Source of the DNA: an uncultured delta proteobacterium
GTDB taxonomy: Bacteria > Desulfobacterota > Desulfuromonadia > Geobacterales > DSM-12255
Assembly: GCA_963787125.1 (NCBI GenBank)
Contig: CAWBBV010000021.1
Coordinates: 1-37,134, forward strand
Reading direction: 5' to 3'
Length of the DNA stretch: 37,134 nt
Shown here: positions 7,324-16,185 of the stretch, piece by piece
How positions within the stretch are numbered: position 1 is the stretch's first letter
Layout of the letters: every line of letters begins with the position of its first letter
The notes under the pieces: generated by a model
What the model saw: only the letters and a program-made list of their open reading frames with translations
Told to the model about the DNA's origin: nothing
The model's database searches: none
Position numbers and translations under genes: made by a program

Positions 7324-9297
7324 ATGAAAAGGATTATAGTGCTTCCGTTTTTGCTTCTTTTGGTATTGATGATTGTCGGCTGTAGTAACAACGGTAATAA
7401 TACCATCACAGTTGTAGAAGGTGCCTCAAAAACTACCCTGCTTAATCCATTGGCTCTGCAGCAATTTGCCACCCCATTGCCGATCATACCAGTTGCGACC
7501 CCTGATTCAACAACAATACCTGGTTCCGACTACTATACCGCCGTAGTCGAGCAGACCAGTGGTTATGATTTCGGTCTGCGTAAACAAGATGGCAGTGAAT
7601 TTATTAATCCTGGCACCGGCAGCCCTATCCGCACTACAGTCTGGGGCTATACCACCAACGGGATCAAGGCAGGTTATCTGGGCGCAACAATAGAAGCCCG
7701 TTCAACTCTTGCGGGTGAAACAGGCAAGCAGGTTGTAGTCAAGTTTACTAACAACCTTAAAGATTCGGCCGGGAATCTCCTTACCAAACATCTTCTCACT
7801 GTAGACCCGACCTTGGGTGGTGCTAACATGGGTGAGCCTGAAATCCGAATCGTTACACATCTTCATGGAGGTCATGTAGCGGCTCAGTTTGATGGATACC
7901 CTGAAGCTTGGATAACCAACGACCCCAACGCAATCGGGCTTCCAGCAGATCCGGTCAGTGGTCGCCCGGTTCGCCCCAACGGTAACACTGTCACTTACAC
8001 TTACGCTAATGACCAGATTGCCAACCACCTCTGGTATCATGACCACGCTATGGGTATTACTCGTCTCAATGTCTATGCAGGTATTGCTGCGAACTACATC
8101 TTGCGTGACAGTGTCGAGGATAGCCTGAACCTGCCTAAAGGTGCTTACGAGATTCCCCTTGTAATCCAGGATAAATCATTTAACGAGGATGGCTCGCTAC
8201 ACTACGACTCCAACGCTCTGCTTAATCCTGACGGCACTCAGCAGACAGTTAATGGCAAGCCAGTTTTTACTTCAAATCCTGAATTTTTCGGTAATGTTAT
8301 CACCGTCAACGGCAAAGCGTGGCCTAAACTCGATGTTGAGCCCCGTAAGTACCGATTTCGGATGTTGAACGGCTCCGATTCCCGTTTTTACAATATGTGG
8401 CTGGAGCGATCAGACGGACTGCCTATACCTGCAGGTGCAATTACTCAAATCGGCAACGACGGCGGACTTTTGCCGAACTCTGTTACTGACATCGGAAATG
8501 GACCAGGCAATGGATTGTTGCTCGCACTAGCAGAGCGAGCAGACGTGATTATAGATTTTTCAAAGTTCCCTGCCGGGACTAACATCACCGTGCGTAATGA
8601 CGCTCACACTCCCTACCCCAACGGTAGCGATGTTAACCCTTCTACAACCGGAAGAATAATGCAGTTCAAAATCACCAAAACACTTGCAGGCTCTGACACC
8701 AGCGTGGTTCCGGCTAACCCGAGAACATTGACACCGTTAGCTGCACCGGCTAATACCCGTTACGTCGACCTGCAGGAAACCGAAGAAAATAACGCGTACG
8801 TTTTTGATCCTTACAGCGGGGCTATTGCTAAACGTCTTATGATTCTCCTTAACGGGCTGCCCTTCGATGCGCCTATTACCGAAAATATCCTGTTAAACAA
8901 TGTTGAAGACTGGATTATCATAAATAATACCGTGGATATGCATCCGATGCATCTCCACTTGGTTCACTTCGAAGTTATTGAAAAGGGCAGCGTAGCCCCG
9001 GGCACTTATACACCGGCAGATGGTGACGGTGGCATGCCGACAGTAACTGCCGGCGGCCTCAGACCATCAACAAACCCGGATGGAACGGCTGCCGCATCCG
9101 ATTCTCCTTATACAGTTCAACCACAAGAGTTTGGGCACAAGGATACGGTGCGGGTTCCTCCAGCTGATGACGTGATCGGTTCGCAGGGTTACGTACGAAT
9201 AAGAGCCAAATTTGACCGGATTGGCACTTATATGTGGCATTGCCATATATTGGCGCATGAAGATCACGAAATGATGCGACCATTTAGGGTGCAATAA
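7324..9297 (+). CDS. Multicopper oxidase lipoprotein (CotA/bilirubin-oxidase-like)
   Basis: AGGAGG RBS, lipobox-like LMIVGC, and all four Cu motifs: THLHG, WYHDH, HPMHLH, HCHILAHEDHEMM. Confidence 0.93.
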   Translation: MKRIIVLPFLLLLVLMIVGCSNNGNNTITVVEGASKTTLLNPLALQQFATPLPIIPVATPDSTTIPGSDYYTAVVEQTSGYDFGLRKQDGSEFINPGTGSPIRTTVWGYTTNGIKAGYLGATIEARSTLAGETGKQVVVKFTNNLKDSAGNLLTKHLLTVDPTLGGANMGEPEIRIVTHLHGGHVAAQFDGYPEAWITNDPNAIGLPADPVSGRPVRPNGNTVTYTYANDQIANHLWYHDHAMGITRLNVYAGIAANYILRDSVEDSLNLPKGAYEIPLVIQDKSFNEDGSLHYDSNALLNPDGTQQTVNGKPVFTSNPEFFGNVITVNGKAWPKLDVEPRKYRFRMLNGSDSRFYNMWLERSDGLPIPAGAITQIGNDGGLLPNSVTDIGNGPGNGLLLALAERADVIIDFSKFPAGTNITVRNDAHTPYPNGSDVNPSTTGRIMQFKITKTLAGSDTSVVPANPRTLTPLAAPANTRYVDLQETEENNAYVFDPYSGAIAKRLMILLNGLPFDAPITENILLNNVEDWIIINNTVDMHPMHLHLVHFEVIEKGSVAPGTYTPADGDGGMPTVTAGGLRPSTNPDGTAAASDSPYTVQPQEFGHKDTVRVPPADDVIGSQGYVRIRAKFDRIGTYMWHCHILAHEDHEMMRPFRVQ

Positions 9298-9312
9298 CAG
9301 TATCAATAATAA

Positions 9313-9346
9313 ATCGAGCGCCCTTTCAACTGAAAGGGCGCTCGAT
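9313..9346. terminator. Perfect 15-bp hairpin after the multicopper oxidase (terminator-like)
   Basis: ATCGAGCGCCCTTTC-aact-GAAAGGGCGCTCGAT; the U-tract is weak on + and better on -. Confidence 0.6.
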
Positions 9347-9712
9347 CCTACCATTAATGCTTACGCTGGAATATATGCCGAACTTCAGAAAACCGAAAAG
9401 TAATTTACACAATCTGGTTGACATGCACAGATTAATCCACTAACCGGAGTAGAACCTGTCCCCTAATTAAGATACATTACCTTGTGATAATCCGGACTGG
9501 TAACAATATTTTCTTTAACCCTCTGCACCTACATCCCTTATGTTCCCTTTGAAGTCTCATTTACCTATAAATGCCAGGTACACTCTCTTGAGTTCAAGGA
9601 TAAGCGGTAGCAATTAGCATCTCTTTCAATAACTGAGAAATCAAAGACCTTGGCTGATCCCTCCTGATGTGTCCCGGTTGAGTTAATCGACGATGATTAC
9701 CTTAGTTAAGCG

Positions 9713-9981
9713 CAATAAAATCGATACCAATATTAAGTTTATTGTAATTAAAATGGCAATCCACAAGTGTTTGTTGATAACTAGCGTTTATCTGTGGATA
9801 AGAAGTAAAATTCTTCACTAAAAGCTGATGTTTTACCGCTGTGCACAATAATTAAGCATGATATCTAACTATCTGATATATGGTGTCAATAGTAAATGTT
9901 GTATCCACTGAAAAAAGATTTTGTACCAATTTGAAGCTCTATTACTGATCCACATGAAAAGGACGTATATAAAGTGGATAA
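9713..9981. other. DnaA-box cluster with IHF site and AT-rich segment: oriC (or datA/DARS-like) candidate
   Basis: TGTGGATAA at 9793 is perfect. One-mismatch boxes at 9772, 9840, 9946, 9973 and two-mismatch boxes at 9757, 9901. IHF consensus at 9866-9878; AT-rich 9713-9754. Confidence 0.6.
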
Positions 9982-10127
9982 CTACCTGAAAGACTGACTA
10001 ATACAATAAGTCAAATACACTAATTTCATTAAAGAAGAGTTGGCCCGTGACCTAAAGAGTATCGTCGCTAAACTAATCAACTACTCAATGGTTCACGTTA
10101 CCGGACCACATTGATCACCAGTAAAAA

Positions 10128-10403
10128 TTATTCTTCGATTTGTTTGGCAGGTAATTGAGTTTCGGTAGGTTGCTGAACGGCAGGAGGAGAACAGGTATTT
10201 TTACAAATGGTGTAGTCTGTAAGATTCTTAGTTACGCACTGCTTATTTTCTTCATCAGTATAGCCACCGGCAGGAGGGCAATACATATCATTAGCACGTT
10301 TATCATTTGCACAATTACTCAGGCAGTCAGACTTCTCATCAGCAAAACAGATATCAGATACGAAGAGGTTCAGAAGCAGCAGAGTGACGATAGAAATTCT
10401 CAT
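10128..10403 (-). CDS. Small secreted cysteine-rich hypothetical protein
   Basis: ATG 10403 after AAGGGA, signal peptide ending CFA, six Cys in the mature part (CLSNC...C...C...CKNTC), Pro/Gln tail. Confidence 0.65.
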   Translation of the reverse strand: MRISIVTLLLLNLFVSDICFADEKSDCLSNCANDKRANDMYCPPAGGYTDEENKQCVTKNLTDYTICKNTCSPPAVQQPTETQLPAKQIEE

Positions 10404-10638
10404 GAAGGATTCCCTTAAACGCGTATGTGTGTGATATAACATGTCGGTTTGAACAACCATCCAAGACTAGGAGAAGTTTAGCAGCATCTACCAGATATTC
10501 AACAACTTCCACATCCTTCAACGGGACTTAGGCACACAGAAAGACCAATATATGGATTTTTCTGTTTAATCAAGAGGCTTGCCGTGGTATATGGTAGACC
10601 TCATCTTTATATCTATTTGTTGGCGATGGAGGACAGAT

Positions 10639-11568
10639 ATGCGACGCTCTTTACTATCAAACTTCTTGCTGCTTGTTTTGCTGCTTTTAAATGCTGTTTC
10701 GTACGCTGCTACTGAAACGAACTGTTCTTTCAGGACAATGGTAACGACTGATGACTATAGCTTCGATGTTTCAAGCCAGCCTGCAGATTCCTGCGAAAAG
10801 CAGGTGCTGCGGATTGCTGTGCTCAAGCAGGCGGTACCTTTCACGCATTTTGTCAATCCATCAGGCGCGCTTGTAGAAAAAGCCTGGGCTGAGGATATTG
10901 ATGATGACGGAAACTTCGAACTTATTGTTATTAGCTTTAATGTTTTGGAGCCGCTCAAGAAATCGTTAGAGATTTATGCAGTGGATGGAAATATTCTCAA
11001 GCAGGTCAGGTTGCCGCAGGCTATAGCGCTTGAAGGTTACAGAGGCGGTGACAGTTTTTTTATTGAGAATGGCAGGATAGTCAGAACGTATCCAGTATAT
11101 CTGCCGGGAGACGCTGAGTTAAAACCGGGCGGTGGGGCAGGCAGGGTAGTTTATCAGTACAGAAATCGAGAAATACTTTTTGTTCCTGAAAAAGTGAGGG
11201 TGACTGTTGCTCCTGTTGTTCCCGTAAAAGGTGTTGTGAAAAAGAGTTTACAGCCGGTAACAATCAAGTCTATTGAACTCAAGCAGGATTACATAGAGAT
11301 AAAAGCTGATAAAAGCATTGAGAATTATAAGATAAGCAGAATAGCTGACCCCTGGCGGCTCATAATTGACATTCCAGGGGCTGTGTCCGAACTAAATGGC
11401 AAAGAGGTATTAATAGACAAGTTCGGTATCTCAAGGGTGAGAATCGGTACTCAAAAGGATAGCGTCAGGCTGGTATTTGACTCTGCTGTAGCTCCGTTGC
11501 CAACGGAAACAGTTACTCCGGCAGAAAACGCCCTGCGAGTAGGATTTCATCAGCCGCGCAAAAAATAG
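10639..11568 (+). CDS. Exported protein with PliI-like N-terminal domain and C-terminal AMIN domain
   Basis: ATG 10639 after GGAGG, signal peptide. DIDDDGNFEL...GYRGGDSF...RTYPVYLPGD...PGGG is PliI-like; DPWRLIIDIPG...VRIG...VRLVFD is AMIN. Confidence 0.75.
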   Translation: MRRSLLSNFLLLVLLLLNAVSYAATETNCSFRTMVTTDDYSFDVSSQPADSCEKQVLRIAVLKQAVPFTHFVNPSGALVEKAWAEDIDDDGNFELIVISFNVLEPLKKSLEIYAVDGNILKQVRLPQAIALEGYRGGDSFFIENGRIVRTYPVYLPGDAELKPGGGAGRVVYQYRNREILFVPEKVRVTVAPVVPVKGVVKKSLQPVTIKSIELKQDYIEIKADKSIENYKISRIADPWRLIIDIPGAVSELNGKEVLIDKFGISRVRIGTQKDSVRLVFDSAVAPLPTETVTPAENALRVGFHQPRKK

Positions 11569-11573
11569 ACTTG

Positions 11574-12638
11574 TCAGGCTTTAGCCGGTGGCACCACGTC
11601 TTCCTGTGCAGCCGGTATCGCTACTCCTCTTGCCCATAAATGTTTACCGTATTTCCAGTACCCTTTTACATTGCAGAGCCTCGGGTCTTTTGCCGGGTCA
11701 ACAGCAATTACCTGACCGTTTATCAGGGGCTGCAGATGTCTGGCTAAGGCTGATCCTCCCCCGCCCGTAAGTACTATCGTATCGATATCCCAATCATCAG
11801 ACCAAAGGCGATCAACCTCACTTGCTATTGCTGTTGCCAACTGACTGAAAACCAGTTCGGTCGGCCCTTTAAGGTCGTACTCTTTCCCTTTAATCTTAAT
11901 ACTGCCACGTTCGACAGCATCGTAAAGTCGATACAACTCGATATTTACATTACTTTTTTCTCGAAGTTTGCCGGCTATCATCCCGAAAGCTTTTGATATG
12001 CCGGTGTCAGTCGTTCTGCTGCCTCTTTCTGAGTAGCGCATTTTGTCGGATACAGTGAAATCTGCCGTTTTGAAGCCGATGTCTATGATTCCGATTTTTT
12101 CGTGTACATACCGCTTTTCACCGAGTTCACCGAGGTCATTCATCATCAGATTGAATAGCGAGCCGAAAGGCTGGGGGATGACCTTGACTTCATTTATCTT
12201 GATGTTCTTTTCTTCCCGTTTTCCGGAGAGCGAGGTAAGCACAACTCTGTGGTCACCCTGGAGAGCTTTGGTTATCGATTCACGGTATTCGCGGAAGTAG
12301 CCAATGGGAAGTCCTGTAACCAGTCCTGTCGGCATGAACGAGCCGACGAGTCTTGAGGCAGCTGCGAGTGCCAGCGGTTTAAGATGTGAGGTGAAGAACT
12401 GTGCCTGATCCAGGGTGAAGGAGCGGACATTGCTCTGTCGTTCCGCCATCTCGCCAATAAAATATGACTGGCCATCAATTTCAATCTGAATATTTTCATC
12501 AGGAGAGCCTTCGCCGAGAATTCCGCCTTTGAACTGGATGTCGGTAGATTCCCCAAGGATAGATTTGAATACGATAGTTTTGCTGCCGTTGGTTGCTTTA
12601 GTGAACCCGAAACCGGTATCAATGGCAATAATATCCAT
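11574..12638 (-). CDS. ParM/StbA-family actin-like ATPase
   Basis: ATG 12638 after AAGGAG. IAIDTGFGFTK (phosphate 1), VTGLP, VIPQP, IIDIGFKTAD (phosphate 2), VLTGGGG (adenosine), NVKGY. Confidence 0.88.
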   Translation of the reverse strand: MDIIAIDTGFGFTKATNGSKTIVFKSILGESTDIQFKGGILGEGSPDENIQIEIDGQSYFIGEMAERQSNVRSFTLDQAQFFTSHLKPLALAAASRLVGSFMPTGLVTGLPIGYFREYRESITKALQGDHRVVLTSLSGKREEKNIKINEVKVIPQPFGSLFNLMMNDLGELGEKRYVHEKIGIIDIGFKTADFTVSDKMRYSERGSRTTDTGISKAFGMIAGKLREKSNVNIELYRLYDAVERGSIKIKGKEYDLKGPTELVFSQLATAIASEVDRLWSDDWDIDTIVLTGGGGSALARHLQPLINGQVIAVDPAKDPRLCNVKGYWKYGKHLWARGVAIPAAQEDVVPPAKA

Positions 12639-12681
12639 AATTAACTGCTCCTTAATGCTGATATGTCGCAAGAGTGCGGTG

Positions 12682-12770
12682 AAGATAACACCCGTACTTT
12701 AAAGTTGTCAATGTTATAGCTGCTTAACGGTTAACCAATTAATTGACATTTAGGATAACTTTGCTAGATT
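12682..12770. promoter_or_regulatory. Divergent sigma70 promoters for the ParM-like gene and the REC-PilZ gene
   Basis: Minus strand: TTGACA-N18-TATCTT with TGn (12711-12682). Plus strand: TTGACA-N16-TAGATT with TGn (12743-12770). Confidence 0.6.
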
Positions 12771-12776
12771 AAAACG

Positions 12777-13472
12777 ATGAAAAACATTCTTATTGCCAGT
12801 TCATCTCCAACTTTTATAGAGCGTAACGGAACTCTTTTAAGACGGTCCGACTTCAGAATATTTACGGCAGTTAACTCTAATGAAGCAATCAATATTGTAA
12901 TCAGCAACTTTATTGATCTCCTCCTTGTTGACATCAATCTTGATGATGTTACCGGTGAAGAATTCTGCGCGCTGGTTTTATCTGCTCAAACCGATCAAAA
13001 AAGCGTCATCCTGCTGGTTTGCAATGACAATGACGTCGATTTTGATCGACTTAAGGGTAGTGGCGCTGATGTGCTCATAGCCCGCCCTATAAAGCCGCTC
13101 CAACTTATCAAAACTGTTGGCCAGTTCCAGACAGTACAACTTGTGCGGAGCAGAAGGGTTTCTTTAAGGATAAAAGTCATCAGTAAAAAGGACTTAACCG
13201 AGTTTTTCTGTCTGTCACATAACATAAGCCTTACCGGTATGCTTATTGAGACGGAGTTTTCCCTTGATGTCGGCAGTATTATTTTTTGCCAGTTCACGAT
13301 CTCCGGATCCAATGATGTAGAGTGCGAAGGTGAGGTAGTCAGAGCCTCGCGCACCATGGATGGAGCTCATCAGTACGGCATTCATTTTACCACGCTTAAC
13401 AGAAAATCCCGCCATGAGCTCGATGTCTACATAGCTTCAATGGTCAGAGGAGATAATCAGCCGGTTGCCTGA
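12777..13472 (+). CDS. Receiver-like (REC) plus PilZ domain protein
   Basis: ILIA...DLLLVD...GADVLIARPI receiver fold, then RSRRV, NISLTGMLIE, GEVVR, YGIHF (PilZ). Confidence 0.85.
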   Translation: MKNILIASSSPTFIERNGTLLRRSDFRIFTAVNSNEAINIVISNFIDLLLVDINLDDVTGEEFCALVLSAQTDQKSVILLVCNDNDVDFDRLKGSGADVLIARPIKPLQLIKTVGQFQTVQLVRSRRVSLRIKVISKKDLTEFFCLSHNISLTGMLIETEFSLDVGSIIFCQFTISGSNDVECEGEVVRASRTMDGAHQYGIHFTTLNRKSRHELDVYIASMVRGDNQPVA

Positions 13473-13485
13473 GCAAAAAGTATTT

Positions 13486-13535
13486 TTCAGAAACAAAAAA
13501 AGCCCGCTATCGATGCGGGTTTTTTTGTTTCTGAA
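13486..13535. terminator. Strong bidirectional intrinsic terminator
   Basis: TTCAGAAACAAAAAAAGCCCGC-tatcgat-GCGGGTTTTTTTTGTTTCTGAA. Confidence 0.85.
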
Positions 13536-13609
13536 GGCTTTTCGCCCTAAAATGTTGTTTCAACTGTTGCAAATATGCTACAGTTATTGAAAAAAATGCT
13601 GGAGGCATT

Positions 13610-14809
13610 ATGGCAATAGCAGCAAAGATACAATCCTGTATTGAAAGCTCTTCATGGATACGAAGAATGTTTGAAGAGGGTGGGCGTCTCCGGACTCAGT
13701 TTGGCGATAAGAACGTTTACGATTTTACCTTGGGCAATCCGAATATCGATCCACCACAGAAATTTTATGATGAACTCCGCTTAATTGCCAATGCCCCTCT
13801 GCCTGGTATTCACAGGTATATGAGTAACGCCGGCTACGATGAAGTCCGCGGGGCAGTCGCACAAATTTTGGCGGTCGCGTCTGCACTTGATGTCAAGGCT
13901 TCCCATGTGATCATGACCTGCGGCGCCAGTGGAGCGCTGAATGTGGTTCTCAAGACAATCCTCAATCCCGGCGAAGAGGTGATAATACTTACGCCTTATT
14001 TTGTCGAGTATAAATTCTATATTGATAATCATGGCGGCGTCCCAAAGGAGGTCTGGACAGACAGGTCAACTTTCCAACTGGATATAGACGCTATTGAAGC
14101 TGCTATTTCTGCGAAGACTCGCGCACTAATTATCAATACGCCCAATAATCCGACCGGTGTCATCTATCCGGCTGAATCACTTGTTGAGCTCGGTTTGATG
14201 ATTGAAAGAAAAGAGCGTGAACTTGAGAGGCAGATTTATGTCATTTCAGATGAACCTTACGCTCGGATCGCCTACGATGACCATGTCGTACCGAACATAT
14301 TCCGGTATGTCACCAATTCGGTCATAGTCACTTCCCATTCAAAGGATCTTGCCTTGCCAGGCGAGCGCATTGGCTATATTGCGGCGAACCCTTTAATGAC
14401 TCATGTTGATCTATTTATGGAAGGCGCAATCTTTTGCAACAGAACGCTGGGCTTTGTCAACGCTCCGGCTCTCATGCAGCGGCTGGTTGCAAAGCTTCAG
14501 ACCGAATCTGTCGACATCTCTGCTTATCTGCAGAAAAGGGATCTTCTCTACGACAATCTTACTCAAATGGGTTACAAAATGGTTAAGCCGGACGGAGCGT
14601 TCTACCTCTTCCCTGAATCTCCTCTCGCTGATGATGTCGCTTTTGTCAGGGCTGCTCAGAAGCATAATCTGCTGATGGTGCCAGGTGCAGGCTTCGGTGC
14701 TCCCGGTTATTTCAGGGTTGCTTATTGTGTTGATATCGAAATGATAAAGCGGAGTCTCCCCGCCTGGAGATCATTAGCACTCGAAACAGGGCTGAGTGAG
14801 GCATGTTGA
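13610..14809 (+). CDS. PLP-dependent class I/II (aspartate) aminotransferase
   Basis: INTPNNPTG, ISDEPY, SHSKDLALPGERIG (PLP lysine), PDGAFY. Confidence 0.92.
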   Translation: MAIAAKIQSCIESSSWIRRMFEEGGRLRTQFGDKNVYDFTLGNPNIDPPQKFYDELRLIANAPLPGIHRYMSNAGYDEVRGAVAQILAVASALDVKASHVIMTCGASGALNVVLKTILNPGEEVIILTPYFVEYKFYIDNHGGVPKEVWTDRSTFQLDIDAIEAAISAKTRALIINTPNNPTGVIYPAESLVELGLMIERKERELERQIYVISDEPYARIAYDDHVVPNIFRYVTNSVIVTSHSKDLALPGERIGYIAANPLMTHVDLFMEGAIFCNRTLGFVNAPALMQRLVAKLQTESVDISAYLQKRDLLYDNLTQMGYKMVKPDGAFYLFPESPLADDVAFVRAAQKHNLLMVPGAGFGAPGYFRVAYCVDIEMIKRSLPAWRSLALETGLSEAC

Positions 14810-14810
14810 T

Positions 14811-16184
14811 ATGAATCATACAATACTGGTTGTTGATGATGAGGCGGCAATAAGGAGTTCACTTCAAGGGATTCTTGAGGATGAATCTTATCATGTTAAC
14901 CTTGCCGTTGATGGGACTGATGCTCTTGCTATGTTACAGAAAGAGCTCCCTGATCTTGTATTGCTTGATATCTGGATGCCGGGAATAGATGGTCTGGAAA
15001 CCCTCTCAAAGATTAAGGAATTATATCCTGACCTTGCTGTTGTGATGATATCAGGACACGGGACAATTGAGACGGCAGTAAAATCAACCAAGCTTGGTGC
15101 TTTTGATTTTATCGAAAAGCCGCTTTCCCTTGAAAAAGTTCTGGTAACTGTTCATAACGCCATTGATATGAGCCGCCTGAAGCTGGAGAACGCTTCTCTG
15201 CGCACCATGATTGAAGATCGTTTTGAAATAGTTGGTGATTCTGAGCCAGCTAGGCTCCTTCGCGAACAGATAAGAATTGTAGCTTCAACCAGCGCATCAA
15301 TACTGATATGCGGTGAAAAAGGGACGGGCAAGGAGTCTGTTGCCCATGCAATCCACCGTTTTAGTCCCAGAAGTGAAAAACCGTTTATTGTTATCAACTG
15401 TGCTGCTATTCCTGAAGAGTTGATGGATTCAGAAATTTTCGGACACGAAAAAGGGGCATTTTCTGGAGCAACTTCCCAGCGAAAAGGTAAAATTGATCTT
15501 GCAGACAGCGGAACTCTTTTTTTTGAAGAGATAGTAGAAATGCCGCTGAATATTCAGTTGAAACTGCAGCGGGTAATTGAGGAGCACAAGTTTGCCAGGA
15601 TGGGAGTTGGGCGGTCGATTGATATTGATGTCAGAATCATGACCTCGACCAGTTGCTCACTTGAAGATGCTATAACATCGGGGACTTTCAGCGAGGATCT
15701 TTATTATCTTCTCAATGTCGTTCCGTTCGATCTGTCACCGCTTCGCGAAAGAAAAAATGATATTCCGGCTCTGATCGATCACTTTCTTGATGCTTTCTGC
15801 CGCAGAGAAATGCGTGAACGCAAAACCATGCAGCCTGATGCTGTTATTGCGATGCAGGCATATGACTGGCCTGGTAATATTCGGGAGTTGAAAAATATCA
15901 TGGAGCGTCTGGTTATAATGACTTCTGGGCAGGTAATTGAGACTAGTCAACTGCCGGAGATCATTCTTGAGAAAGGGAACGAGCGGCGCGGCATCACCAG
16001 AGATGATCATCATTCGGAAAACTCTTCGCTCAGGGGTGCTCGCGAAGAATTTGAGCGTGAATTCATTATCCAGCGGCTTGATGAACACGACTGGAATATT
16101 ACCAAAACTGCCGAAGCGATTGAACTCGAAAGGAGCAATCTCCACCGCAAGATCAGAAGTTATGGGATTGATTTGAGGAAGTGA
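14811..16184 (+). CDS. NtrC/NtrX-like response regulator (REC-AAA+-HTH) with degenerate AAA+ motifs
   Basis: VVDDE, LLDIWMP, ISGHG, FIEKP; GEKGTGKE; GAFSGA; WPGNIREL; Fis-type HTH ERSNLHRK. Confidence 0.9.
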   Translation: MNHTILVVDDEAAIRSSLQGILEDESYHVNLAVDGTDALAMLQKELPDLVLLDIWMPGIDGLETLSKIKELYPDLAVVMISGHGTIETAVKSTKLGAFDFIEKPLSLEKVLVTVHNAIDMSRLKLENASLRTMIEDRFEIVGDSEPARLLREQIRIVASTSASILICGEKGTGKESVAHAIHRFSPRSEKPFIVINCAAIPEELMDSEIFGHEKGAFSGATSQRKGKIDLADSGTLFFEEIVEMPLNIQLKLQRVIEEHKFARMGVGRSIDIDVRIMTSTSCSLEDAITSGTFSEDLYYLLNVVPFDLSPLRERKNDIPALIDHFLDAFCRREMRERKTMQPDAVIAMQAYDWPGNIRELKNIMERLVIMTSGQVIETSQLPEIILEKGNERRGITRDDHHSENSSLRGAREEFEREFIIQRLDEHDWNITKTAEAIELERSNLHRKIRSYGIDLRK

Positions 16185-16185
16185 A

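Noticed and set aside
10089..10104. parS-like sequence TGGTTCACGTTACCGG near the DnaA boxes
   Set aside because: Only 10/16 match to TGTTTCACGTGAAACA and not palindromic.
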